DNA of 64,000 nt from Candidatus Hydrogenedentota bacterium (GCA_029974275.1 JARKSN010000276.1:2721-66720), one strand, 5' to 3'. Numbered from the stretch's first letter, positions 46,764-55,218 are shown. Notes: a model not told the origin generated them from the sequence alone. Made by a program: numbers and translations.

Positions 46764-47411
46764 TCAGTCTTCGCTTGAAGAATCCGGTTCCACGGGGGCG
46801 GTTTCGACAAACGGCGCGGGAAAAGGAAGAGTCGGTTCGACCGCAAAAGGCAGTTCCATTTGCTGATGCCGGATGAATTTGTACCGCTTGAGCAACCGCA
46901 AGGTCTGTAAGGTAGGCGAGGGATACGCGACGTTGGCGCTGACCTTGTGGAGAAGGTCCTGCAAAATGGCAGGGAATTCCATGACATGCTTGATGTTGGC
47001 TGCCTGCAACAGCGAGACGGCGCGGCGGCGTTGCTCGGCGGAAACCGGGAGTTCGGACAGAATCAGGATCGTGACAAAAGGCTGGCCGGCAAAGACTTCA
47101 CGGGCCAACGCCAAGGCGCTTTCCTCAGCGAACTGAAATAGCACCGGGTTCGCCTCGATAACCGAGGGGTAGAAACGGTCGGCATGCCACGCACGAACCT
47201 CGACGACGGCGCGTTCTATAAGGGGCAGTTCCTCCGGGGGCAGCACAAAAGCAGGTTCGCGCATGGAAACCGTCCGGGTATTCTGAAGGAACATCTGCGG
47301 GCTATGCTCGGGAACCCGCTCGCGCCACGGCTCCTGCTGCCAGTTGGTCAGCGTCTGAAATAGATTGAGTTCGAAAAACTCCCGGACCAGTTGAAGGCTG
47401 ACGTCCGCCAT
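46764..47411 (-). CDS. hypothetical protein
   Basis: AAGGAAAGGG lies before ATG 47411 (MADVSLQLVREFFELNLF). The start is 13 nt after the TPR gene stop. The composition is protein-like, but I recognise no family. Confidence 0.6.
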   Translation of the reverse strand: MADVSLQLVREFFELNLFQTLTNWQQEPWRERVPEHSPQMFLQNTRTVSMREPAFVLPPEELPLIERAVVEVRAWHADRFYPSVIEANPVLFQFAEESALALAREVFAGQPFVTILILSELPVSAEQRRRAVSLLQAANIKHVMEFPAILQDLLHKVSANVAYPSPTLQTLRLLKRYKFIRHQQMELPFAVEPTLPFPAPFVETAPVEPDSSSED

Positions 47412-47424
47412 GACCGCCCTTTCC

Positions 47425-48252
47425 TTACTTTTCCTGAGGCAACAGAGATTTTGCGAGCTTGTGTTCCGGGTCAATCGCGAGTATTTGCCTGGCGACGACG
47501 TGAGCTTGCTCCGCCCGATCTAGACGCTGGTAACACACGCCCTGCCGCGCCAGGATATCCACCCAGGTGAAATTCTCCCCGAACGCCGTGTAGTAGGTCT
47601 CGGGCTGCGCATGAACGCTTGCCGCGCGATACTCTTCGACAGCCGTAGCGAATTGGTCCATCGCCATGGCGACTTCGCCGCGCAGGAAATGCCCCTCGAC
47701 ACTGTCCGGAGCCAACTCGAGCGACTTTTTGATAAGCGCATCGGCCTCGTCGAAGGTTTTCAGGGCCAGCGACGCGTTCCCGGTCAGCTTGGCGGCGCGC
47801 CCCAGCACCCATAACACGGCGAAACTGCGTCCGCCGCACAACAGAGCCGCCTGCGCCTGCCGCAACGCAACGTCCCATCGCCCTTCCAAAAACGCCGTCT
47901 GGGCCAGCCCCAGTTGAGCGCGCCAATTCGACGGATCCAATGTTAACGCTTTCTCGAACTCAGCCTTGGCCGGAGCCGCCATTCCCCCGGTCAACAAGGC
48001 GGATCCCAAATCCAGGCGCGCCGCCGTCATCTCGGGCTTGTGCCGGACGACAGAATGGAGCAGATCGATCGCACGGGACGACTGCCCCATCCGAAGCAGA
48101 CATTTCGCCAATTGATGGCGCGCCGCCAGGTACGCGGGATCGAGCTTCAGGGCTCGCTCAAAACACTGGAGGGCTCGCTTCAGATCGCCCTTCATGGAGG
48201 CCGTGATCCCGTCGTCGAAGTAACTCTCCGCGTTCTCTCCGCCAAAGGGCAT
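47425..48252 (-). CDS. tetratricopeptide (TPR) repeat protein
   Basis: There are several 34-aa TPR units (GDLKRALQCFERALKLDPAYLAARHQLAKCL; AKAEFEKALTLDPSNWRAQLGLAQ; etc.). ATG 48252 is preceded by AAGAAGGGGGGGG. GTG 48273 is an alternative start that would overlap aroB. Confidence 0.8.
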   Translation of the reverse strand: MPFGGENAESYFDDGITASMKGDLKRALQCFERALKLDPAYLAARHQLAKCLLRMGQSSRAIDLLHSVVRHKPEMTAARLDLGSALLTGGMAAPAKAEFEKALTLDPSNWRAQLGLAQTAFLEGRWDVALRQAQAALLCGGRSFAVLWVLGRAAKLTGNASLALKTFDEADALIKKSLELAPDSVEGHFLRGEVAMAMDQFATAVEEYRAASVHAQPETYYTAFGENFTWVDILARQGVCYQRLDRAEQAHVVARQILAIDPEHKLAKSLLPQEK

Positions 48253-48265
48253 GGCCCCCCCCTTC

Positions 48266-49360
48266 TTATCCACGCCCTCCGCGTACGGCTTCGAGCGCCG
48301 CGCGCGTCTGCGCTTCGGTGATATCCTTCCGTTGAATCACGTGCGCCATGCCATCGGCAAGGATGAACTTCAACGCGCCCCCCACCGCTTTCTTGTCGTG
48401 CTGCATGGCTTCGAGCACAACGTCCACAGGCATCTCGGGCCAAGCGACCGGCAAACCGTATGCCTCGATGCAATCCCTCTGCCGTTGTACAAACGCCTCA
48501 TCCACGAGGCCAAGCTCCTGGGCCAGCGCCGCGGCCGCATGCATGCCCAACGCGACCGCCTCTCCATGAAGAAAACGGGCATACTTGCCGGCGGCCTCGA
48601 AACCATGACCAAAGGTGTGCCCATAGTTCAAAATGGCGCGGAGCCCCTGCTCGCGTTCGTCCTCCGCGACAATGCTCGCCTTGATCTCGCAACTGCGGCG
48701 GATGGGATACTCGAGCGCCGTCAGATCCTTGGCCAACAACCGCTCTGCGTTCGCTTCCATATATGCAAAAAGCGTCGCGTCGGCGATAACGCCATGCTTG
48801 ATGACTTCGGCAAGGCCCGCGCGAAGCTCGCGGTCCGGCAACGACCGGAGCAACGTCAGATCGATCACGACGGCGATCGGCTGGTGAAACGACCCGATTA
48901 TGTTCTTGGCAAGCGGATGGTTGACGCCGGTCTTCCCCCCGACGCTCGAATCGACCTGGGCCACGATCGTGGTCGGAACTTGCACAAAGCGAATGCCGCG
49001 CATGTACACGGCGGCGGCAAATCCCGCCACATCGCCCACAACCCCGCCGCCCAACGCCACGACAATGCTCGAACGATCGAGACCCGCCCTCAAAAACTCT
49101 CCGCAAAGCCACTCGATTCGATCAAGACGCTTGTTTTCCTCGCCAGCCTGCAGCACGCACAGACGAGGCCATAGCCCTGCCTCTCCCAGCAACTGGTCCA
49201 CGGCCGCGCCGTACAACGGGGCTACGTTGGAATCCGTAACGATCGCGACCGCGCCGCGCGCGCCCAACCTCGACAAGACATCCTGGAGAACCGGCACCGT
49301 GTCCAATCCAATGTGGATGGGATACGACCGCTCTCCAAGCGACACGTCTATCTGCGTCAT
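48266..49360 (-). CDS. aroB: 3-dehydroquinate synthase
   Basis: ERSYPIHIG, GGGVVGDVAGFAAAVYMRGIRFVQVPTT, VDSSVGGKTGVN, LNYGHTFGH and LHGEAVALGM. AAGGAG lies 10 nt before ATG 49360. The listed ORF start at 49426 is the alternative. Confidence 0.95.
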   Translation of the reverse strand: MTQIDVSLGERSYPIHIGLDTVPVLQDVLSRLGARGAVAIVTDSNVAPLYGAAVDQLLGEAGLWPRLCVLQAGEENKRLDRIEWLCGEFLRAGLDRSSIVVALGGGVVGDVAGFAAAVYMRGIRFVQVPTTIVAQVDSSVGGKTGVNHPLAKNIIGSFHQPIAVVIDLTLLRSLPDRELRAGLAEVIKHGVIADATLFAYMEANAERLLAKDLTALEYPIRRSCEIKASIVAEDEREQGLRAILNYGHTFGHGFEAAGKYARFLHGEAVALGMHAAAALAQELGLVDEAFVQRQRDCIEAYGLPVAWPEMPVDVVLEAMQHDKKAVGGALKFILADGMAHVIQRKDITEAQTRAALEAVRGGRG

Positions 49361-49439
49361 ACGGTAGGCGCTCCTTGCGTCAAAAACAGTCGGATATGGA
49401 AACGCTTCATGCAAAGGCTTCCTCAAGCCGCCTCAACGG

Positions 49440-50474
49440 CTAATGATTGAGCTTGACGGACTTGCCGGTCAGCGCAGACTTTTCCGCCGCGAGGATGATA
49501 TCGAGCGATTTTTTCGCGTCTTCGCCTGTGCAAAACGGCGTGGCGCGGCCCAGCGAGGCGAGCACGAAATTGCCGCACGCATTGAGCCCCCACTCGTCGT
49601 CGTCATTGGTTGCGGCCTGAGCCGTCGGAAATTCGATCTCGCATTGCGGGTTCACCAGATACGCCACAACGGGCTTTCCGGGAAACTCGCACACGCGCAA
49701 CGTGCCATTGGCGCAATGAAAGATCGTGTAGTTGGCCTCGCACCCCTTCACCGTCCACGAGGCGCACAACGTCCCCATTGTGCCGTCCGTAAACGTGAAA
49801 CTGGACACGAAGTTGTCCTCGACGTCCGAGTTTTTCTTTTCGAGGCGGTTCATGTACCCCGAAATCTCCGCCACCTCCTTGCCGGTCAAAAAACGAATCA
49901 GATCGGCCTTATGCACCCCGAGGTCCGCCATCGCGCCAAAACGCGCCTCCTTCTTCTTGAAAAACCACTTGCCCGTCGGACTCCAATTTTCGGGGCCGGA
50001 ATGACCGAACATGGAATTCACCACCAGAATCTTGCCCATCAGGCCGCTGTCGAGAACTTCCTTGGCCTTGACGTGAGCCGGAAAGAGACGCTGCGTCTGG
50101 TCCACCATGAGCAGCTTCTTGGCTTTCTTGGCGGCATCCACCATCTTCTGCGCCTCGACAGAACTCGTAGCCATCGGCTTCTCGACAAGAACGTGGCAGT
50201 CGGCCTTCAACGCCGCGATCGTCGCCGGACCATGCAAATAGTTCGGCGTGCAGATGGAAACGCCATCCAAATCCATCTCTTTCAACATCATCGAAAAATC
50301 GTGGAATATCTGCGCATCGGGCGCAAACTCCTGCGCCAATGCTCGCGCTTTCACAACGTCGATATCGCAAAATGCGACCACCTCGGCCTGCGGACAACGC
50401 GCGTAATCAGGAACGTGCAGATACTTGGCGATTTGGCCGCACCCAATAATGCCTACCCGGAATTTCTTATCCAT
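49440..50474 (-). CDS. Gfo/Idh/MocA family NAD(P)-dependent oxidoreductase
   Basis: GAAGGGGA lies before ATG 50474. FRVGIIGCGQIAKYLHVP is the Rossmann motif and HVLVEKPMA is the family EKP motif. Confidence 0.9.
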   Translation of the reverse strand: MDKKFRVGIIGCGQIAKYLHVPDYARCPQAEVVAFCDIDVVKARALAQEFAPDAQIFHDFSMMLKEMDLDGVSICTPNYLHGPATIAALKADCHVLVEKPMATSSVEAQKMVDAAKKAKKLLMVDQTQRLFPAHVKAKEVLDSGLMGKILVVNSMFGHSGPENWSPTGKWFFKKKEARFGAMADLGVHKADLIRFLTGKEVAEISGYMNRLEKKNSDVEDNFVSSFTFTDGTMGTLCASWTVKGCEANYTIFHCANGTLRVCEFPGKPVVAYLVNPQCEIEFPTAQAATNDDDEWGLNACGNFVLASLGRATPFCTGEDAKKSLDIILAAEKSALTGKSVKLNH

Positions 50475-50637
50475 GACGATTCCCCTTCTTGGGCTGTTTC
50501 CACGAAAGAACAGACTTCGCTCCGCGAGAGCCGCACGGAGCCACTGACCCATTCACCAAACCTCGAAAGAGCATTCTACCGGCTCATGTCGAACGGCGCA
50601 AATCCTCGAATAGCTGTTTTTTGTCTGGACGCTAATT

Positions 50638-50646
50638 TGTTATACT
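50638..50646 (+). promoter_or_regulatory. candidate extended -10 promoter element (TGTTATACT)
   Basis: TGnTATACT lies in the only AT-rich stretch of the 214-bp divergent intergenic region, about 43 nt upstream of ATG 50689. I found no convincing -35 element. Confidence 0.35.
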
Positions 50647-50688
50647 TTGTCCTTTGTGTTTTGTATCGAAATTAAGGATGGGCATGCT

Positions 50689-50895
50689 ATGCAGGGCGTC
50701 AAATTGCACGGGGGAATCGCCCTTATTGAGGTGACGGATCCAATGCTGCTGACGGAGATAGAGAGCGATCCGGCGTTGCGGCGTTTTTTGGGCGAACGGC
50801 TGTCGGATCGGTGTGTTGCGGTACAGCCGCAGGCTGTGACGGAGGTGGTCCGGCGGTTGCAGGGAATGGGGCATTTGCCGAGGGTTGTCGAGTGA
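50689..50895 (+). CDS. small stand-alone XPB-N-terminal/Helicase_C_3-associated module protein (68 aa)
   Basis: MQGVKLHGGIALIEVTDPMLLTEIESDPALRRFLGERLSDRCVAVQPQAVTEVVRRLQGMGHLPRV has the same pattern as an internal segment of the downstream protein (APLVRFVDPDVCESVLELAATKQMVEGRLGLYTLVLRKGQATSFRNLLKEHGIRMV). AAGGA lies upstream of ATG 50689. The stop overlaps the GTG start of the next gene (GTGA). Confidence 0.6.
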   Translation: MQGVKLHGGIALIEVTDPMLLTEIESDPALRRFLGERLSDRCVAVQPQAVTEVVRRLQGMGHLPRVVE

Positions 50896-53399
50896 GTCAG
50901 CCGTTTACGACAAAGGAATGTCTGCGGGGATATACGAACGAGGCGTTGGGCGCGATCTGCGATCGGTGGCGTTTGGCGGCGCAGAGCAAGGAGAGCCGCA
51001 TTCGCGCGATCGAGCATATTTTGCGTGAGCCGTTGCATGTGCAGGCGGCCCTTCAGGAGATGGAGGGGGCGGCGCTGCGGTTGGTGCATTTGGTTTGGGG
51101 AAGCCATCCTGTGTTTGCGGGGGATGTGTTGGGGGTGCGGGGGCTGTATCAGGCGTCGCATCCGGCCAAGCTTTTGGGCGATCTTGCGGGGCGGGGTTTT
51201 GTGTTGGCATGTCCGCAGGAGCGAGCAGGCGTTTTTTCGCTGGAGGATGTGGCGCGAGAGCATGGGCCTGGGGAGATGGGCCCGTTGTTGATGGTTCCGG
51301 ATGCCGTGGGGGAGCAGCTCGCGGTTGCGCCTTCTCCCCCTTTGTCGATAGCGGTTCCGGTGACGGAGGCATCGGCGGAGGGCGCGTCTTCTCGCGATCG
51401 GGCGACGTCGGTTTTTTTGGAGACGCTTCGTGCGGTGGAGGTGTTGTCGCCTCGGGTGACGGCGCAGGGGGAGGTGCACAAGGCTGATGAGGCTCGGGCG
51501 CTTGAGATGGTGCGGGAGTCTTCCATTTCGGCCGAGGCGTTTAGCCTTGCGTTGATGGAGGCGCGCGAATTGGGCTGCGTCGAGGCGCGAGAGGGGCGGT
51601 TGTGCACGACGGAGCGTGCGAGCGCGTGGACGGAGTTGGGCCGGGCCGATCGCGCCCGTGATTTGTTCCGGGCCTACGTTGCGTCGCCGGGGTTGTCGGA
51701 CGTGAAACTGTTCTTTCCGGAGTTGTTTGACGCAATGTGCGAGCGTTTGCCGTTGCATTCGTTGCGGCGGACGTATCACAAGGCGTTGGCGGCGGCGATT
51801 CTTCGCGGGCAGGCGGAGGGGGCGTGGCATCGCATCGCGGATTTCATTCATGCGGCGTACCACATGGACCGCAACGTGTTGTTTTTGGAAGCGCGGTGGC
51901 GCGCGATTCAGTCGCAGGCGCACGATGCGTCGCACGCGTGGCAGGAGCGTTCGTGGCAAACGCATGAGACGCGGTTGTTCTCGTGGATGATCACGTCGTT
52001 ATTGCGGGACCTGGATATGGTGGATATTTCCCGGGGCGGCGAAGCGTTTCGGGTGACTCCCTTGGGCCGTTATGCCTTGGGCGTGGGCGCGTGCCCGGAT
52101 GAGGCGGACTTGGTCGATGGACGTGCGCTGGTGGTTCAGCCGGATTTCGAGGTGCTGCTGTACATGGATCGATGCACGCCGGAGCTTCGGCGCAAGTTGG
52201 ACACGTTTTGCGAGCGAGTGCGCGGCGGTCCTGTCAGCACGTACAAATTGACGAAGGAGGCGTTGTATCGCGGGGCGCGCTCGAACATGTCCGCGGCCGA
52301 TTTCATGCGGATGTTGGGCCGGTATGCGATGAAGCCCATTCCGGAGAATGTGCATCGGCAGGTTGCGACGTGGGAGCGCCGGCTGGAGTCGTTGGTGATT
52401 CGGAGCCGGTGCGATGTGGCGGAGTATCCGACGCCGCAGGCGGCCAAGCAGGCGGCGGCGATTCCCGGAGCGCGGTTGGTGGGCGATCGTTTTGTATTGA
52501 TGACGGAGCCGCCTCGGGAGGTGAGCGTTCGGGTGGACTATCGGCAGCCGTTGCGGCGTTTCATGAGGCCCGAGAAGGGGTTTCAGTTCCGGGTTCCCTG
52601 GGAGAAGAGTCATTTGTTTCTGAGGTCGATGCTGGGCGATATCGCTGATCTTGAGACGGACGCTTCCGGAGGGGTGACGGTGCGACTGTCGCAACGCAAG
52701 ATTGGGGCGATGGATGATTGGTCGCTTGTGGCGGCGCAGCTGGAGGCGGTGAGCGAGGAGCCTTTGCCCGCGCGATTCCGTTTGATAATCCGGGCGTGGA
52801 TGGGGGATGTTGAGCCGGCGCTTTCCGGTTCGGCGCCGTTGGTGCGTTTTGTCGATCCGGACGTGTGCGAGAGCGTTTTGGAACTGGCGGCGACCAAACA
52901 GATGGTCGAGGGGCGGTTAGGGTTGTATACGCTTGTGCTGCGCAAAGGGCAGGCGACGTCGTTCCGAAATCTGCTTAAGGAGCATGGCATTCGCATGGTG
53001 GCCGGGGAGGCGTTTGCCGACACGCAGCCGCCCGAGACGTGGGTAGGGGATTGGGTCCGGCGCCATGGCCATGGACAGGAAATGGAGAAGACGGCGGGCG
53101 GGGACCATCGCGAGGGACGTCATGCGCCCACGCAACCGGATGAGCAGTTGCCGGCGTATTCGCCGCGCATCGTGCGGGAGATTGTCGAAGAGGCCATAGC
53201 CCGTCGGCATGCGATCCTGATTGCGTACCAGTCGGCGTGGGGGCCGACCCCTTCCATTCGGAAGGTCAACCCCGTGTCGCTGGATTTGACGAACCGGACG
53301 CCGACGGTGAGCGGTTATTGTCACTTGCATGGCGGCGCGCGCAGTTTCAAGCTTTCGCAAATTACGGGCATTCGCGTTTTGGAGGATGAAACGTTCTGA
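50892..53399 (+). CDS. 835-aa Helicase_C_3 (XPB-associated) domain protein with C-terminal WYL domain; no helicase core
   Basis: RALVVQPDFEVLLYMDRCTPELRRKLDTFCERV..STYKLTKEALYRGARSNMSAADFMRMLGRYAMKPIPENVHRQVATWERR matches the PF13625-type pattern as I recall it. The C-terminal AILIAYQS....IRKVNPVSLDL....TVSGYCHLHGGARSFKLSQITGIRVLE is WYL-like. No Walker A/B or DEAH motifs were seen. GTG 50892 is preceded by GAGGG. Confidence 0.8.
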   Translation: MSQPFTTKECLRGYTNEALGAICDRWRLAAQSKESRIRAIEHILREPLHVQAALQEMEGAALRLVHLVWGSHPVFAGDVLGVRGLYQASHPAKLLGDLAGRGFVLACPQERAGVFSLEDVAREHGPGEMGPLLMVPDAVGEQLAVAPSPPLSIAVPVTEASAEGASSRDRATSVFLETLRAVEVLSPRVTAQGEVHKADEARALEMVRESSISAEAFSLALMEARELGCVEAREGRLCTTERASAWTELGRADRARDLFRAYVASPGLSDVKLFFPELFDAMCERLPLHSLRRTYHKALAAAILRGQAEGAWHRIADFIHAAYHMDRNVLFLEARWRAIQSQAHDASHAWQERSWQTHETRLFSWMITSLLRDLDMVDISRGGEAFRVTPLGRYALGVGACPDEADLVDGRALVVQPDFEVLLYMDRCTPELRRKLDTFCERVRGGPVSTYKLTKEALYRGARSNMSAADFMRMLGRYAMKPIPENVHRQVATWERRLESLVIRSRCDVAEYPTPQAAKQAAAIPGARLVGDRFVLMTEPPREVSVRVDYRQPLRRFMRPEKGFQFRVPWEKSHLFLRSMLGDIADLETDASGGVTVRLSQRKIGAMDDWSLVAAQLEAVSEEPLPARFRLIIRAWMGDVEPALSGSAPLVRFVDPDVCESVLELAATKQMVEGRLGLYTLVLRKGQATSFRNLLKEHGIRMVAGEAFADTQPPETWVGDWVRRHGHGQEMEKTAGGDHREGRHAPTQPDEQLPAYSPRIVREIVEEAIARRHAILIAYQSAWGPTPSIRKVNPVSLDLTNRTPTVSGYCHLHGGARSFKLSQITGIRVLEDETF

Positions 53400-53410
53400 G
53401 CGTTTTTGCT

Positions 53411-55024
53411 TCATCGATGGCGCTGCCGGTGCAGGGACAGCGGCTCGAGGAGGAAAGGGTACACAGGGAGCGAGGCGATGGCGATGAGCACAAGCGCACT
53501 AGCAAGGAGCAAGGCAACGTCGGCATGCCGCGAACCAGACAGGAAGGGCGCGTAGCGCGCCGCAACAAACGCCAATCCGGCCCAGAGCGCGCAATACAGC
53601 CCCACGCTCGTGCGCGAGCATAAGCCCCGCCGCACGCCTGCACGGGCAAGGAACAAGAGACCGGCTGTTGGCACGCAAAAAATCACGCACGCCAGCGAAA
53701 GCCCGATGACGGAAACGATGGGCGGGTAGTCTATTGTTATCCCGACAATCGCCATTGGCAAGCCAATCGTAGCCGCGGCGATAACGAAGGCGCCGCTCGA
53801 CATCAATGCCCAGCAGCCACATACGTATGCGAACGCAAGCGCCATCACGGACATTGCATACATGAGGGCGAGGTCCTGCAACCAATAGTGTATGGAGGGC
53901 CCCTTGACCCCGACGGCCGCGCCAATCAGGTGAAGCAGAAGCACGTACACCGCCACTGCCGCAACCAAAACGCCTATGCTCACGAGTAAGGCTTTGGCCG
54001 CTGCAAGGAGCCGTATACGGGCAAGCGTTCGCGTGGGGATGGGACGCGTGAAGACAAAGACGTTTTGGGCCGAGGGGCGAATCCATTTTTCCTGGACACT
54101 GAGCGCGCTCCAGACGAATAGGGCCGTGGGCAATCCCCAAATAGCCCCGAGGAAAACCCCCATGAACGACATGACCTGCAGCAGGCTGGACGGCTCTACT
54201 CCGGCGATGGTTCCGAATGCGGGCGCCACCAGCAAGGCAAAGAAGCCGAAAAAGAGCAGCGTGATCTTCGGCAACCAACCATAGCGCGTGCGCCACTCGT
54301 ACCAGCCTTGCGCATGTTCCGGCGAAGCGAAAGCCATGGGCGCGCGGAACAGGGACAGGTTGATCTCCTTCGACTGAAGACGACGTCCGCTCCGTTCACG
54401 CAGTACGGCGGGTAGGCCGATCAAATAGCCCGCGAGAACCGCGCACAGCATCATCGCAAGCTGCTGCGGCGCGGACGCTTCGGCAAACCCTACAACAATT
54501 CCAGCGACAACCTCGCGCACAAAAGGAAATGGCGCGCACACGACCATGACAACCGCCGCCGCCACGGCCCCGTTGCGCCACCACGCAATGCCCTGGACCA
54601 ACGCGAACAACGACGTGAACACGAACGGCGATAGAAGCCACGATGTTGTAGCATTAGCGTGCCGATCAACAGCAAAGGCGACGCCAACCGTCAAAAATAG
54701 GGCAAGCGCGACGATGGCGACGCGGCCAAGATATTCGATCGCGGCCAGGCGGGCCGTGCGTAGCGGCAGTGCAAATAACGCCCACGGAAACGCAAGGGAT
54801 CGTTCCCCAACGTCCGCGCCGTTGGACAAGGTCATCGCCATCAATACCAGCATGCTCATGACCAGCGCAACGCCCGTAAAACCGCCGTATTCGTGATACT
54901 TGATCCAGGAATGAACGGCACATTCGCAAACAAACACGGCGGGCGTCCCCATAACGACCGCCAAGAACGGCCACCGCAACATCCGCCATTGCCGCCAGAG
55001 AAGCGCTTGAGTCGGTGTACGCAT
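53411..55024 (-). CDS. polytopic membrane protein, putative permease partner of the adjacent ABC ATPase
   Basis: It is 537 aa with at least 12 hydrophobic helices. It is the last gene of the GntR-ABC operon. I recognise no family signature. Confidence 0.72.
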   Translation of the reverse strand: MRTPTQALLWRQWRMLRWPFLAVVMGTPAVFVCECAVHSWIKYHEYGGFTGVALVMSMLVLMAMTLSNGADVGERSLAFPWALFALPLRTARLAAIEYLGRVAIVALALFLTVGVAFAVDRHANATTSWLLSPFVFTSLFALVQGIAWWRNGAVAAAVVMVVCAPFPFVREVVAGIVVGFAEASAPQQLAMMLCAVLAGYLIGLPAVLRERSGRRLQSKEINLSLFRAPMAFASPEHAQGWYEWRTRYGWLPKITLLFFGFFALLVAPAFGTIAGVEPSSLLQVMSFMGVFLGAIWGLPTALFVWSALSVQEKWIRPSAQNVFVFTRPIPTRTLARIRLLAAAKALLVSIGVLVAAVAVYVLLLHLIGAAVGVKGPSIHYWLQDLALMYAMSVMALAFAYVCGCWALMSSGAFVIAAATIGLPMAIVGITIDYPPIVSVIGLSLACVIFCVPTAGLLFLARAGVRRGLCSRTSVGLYCALWAGLAFVAARYAPFLSGSRHADVALLLASALVLIAIASLPVYPFLLEPLSLHRQRHR

Positions 55025-55078
55025 GTCAACCTCCTACGTATTCAAAGCCTGTGTTCGGCATCTTGGACCCATGTGTCC

Positions 55079-55163
55079 TTGTAGCGCCCGGTCTCCGTGC
55101 CGGGCGCCTTGCGCATCCGATACAAAGACCAAGACCGCCCGGCACGGAGACCGGGCGCTACAA
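55079..55163. repeat. 85-bp nested perfect palindrome (28-bp arms, 29-nt centre), intergenic within an operon
   Basis: TTGTAGCGCCCGGTCTCCGTGCCGGGCG (55079..55106) is the exact reverse complement of CGCCCGGCACGGAGACCGGGCGCTACAA (55136..55163). Each arm also contains its own hairpin (CGCCCGG-N8-CCGGGCG). Confidence 0.9.
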
Positions 55164-55218
55164 AGAAGGTCTTCGCGCGGTTGTATGGTCCGCTCATTAT
55201 GGTTGCGCTGCGCATGGG

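Noticed and set aside
50467-50688. Declaring this spacer to be oriC.
   Set aside because: Only two weak DnaA-box-like sites are present, the AT-rich tract is short, and there is no dnaA or dnaN nearby. The skew switch is reported as an observation with alternative explanations, not as an origin call.
53399-53411. The 11-nt gap between the convergent stop codons of the WYL protein gene and the permease gene, as a sign of antisense regulation.
   Set aside because: Convergent genes with short gaps are common in compact genomes. There is no structure in the gap and no evidence for regulatory overlap.
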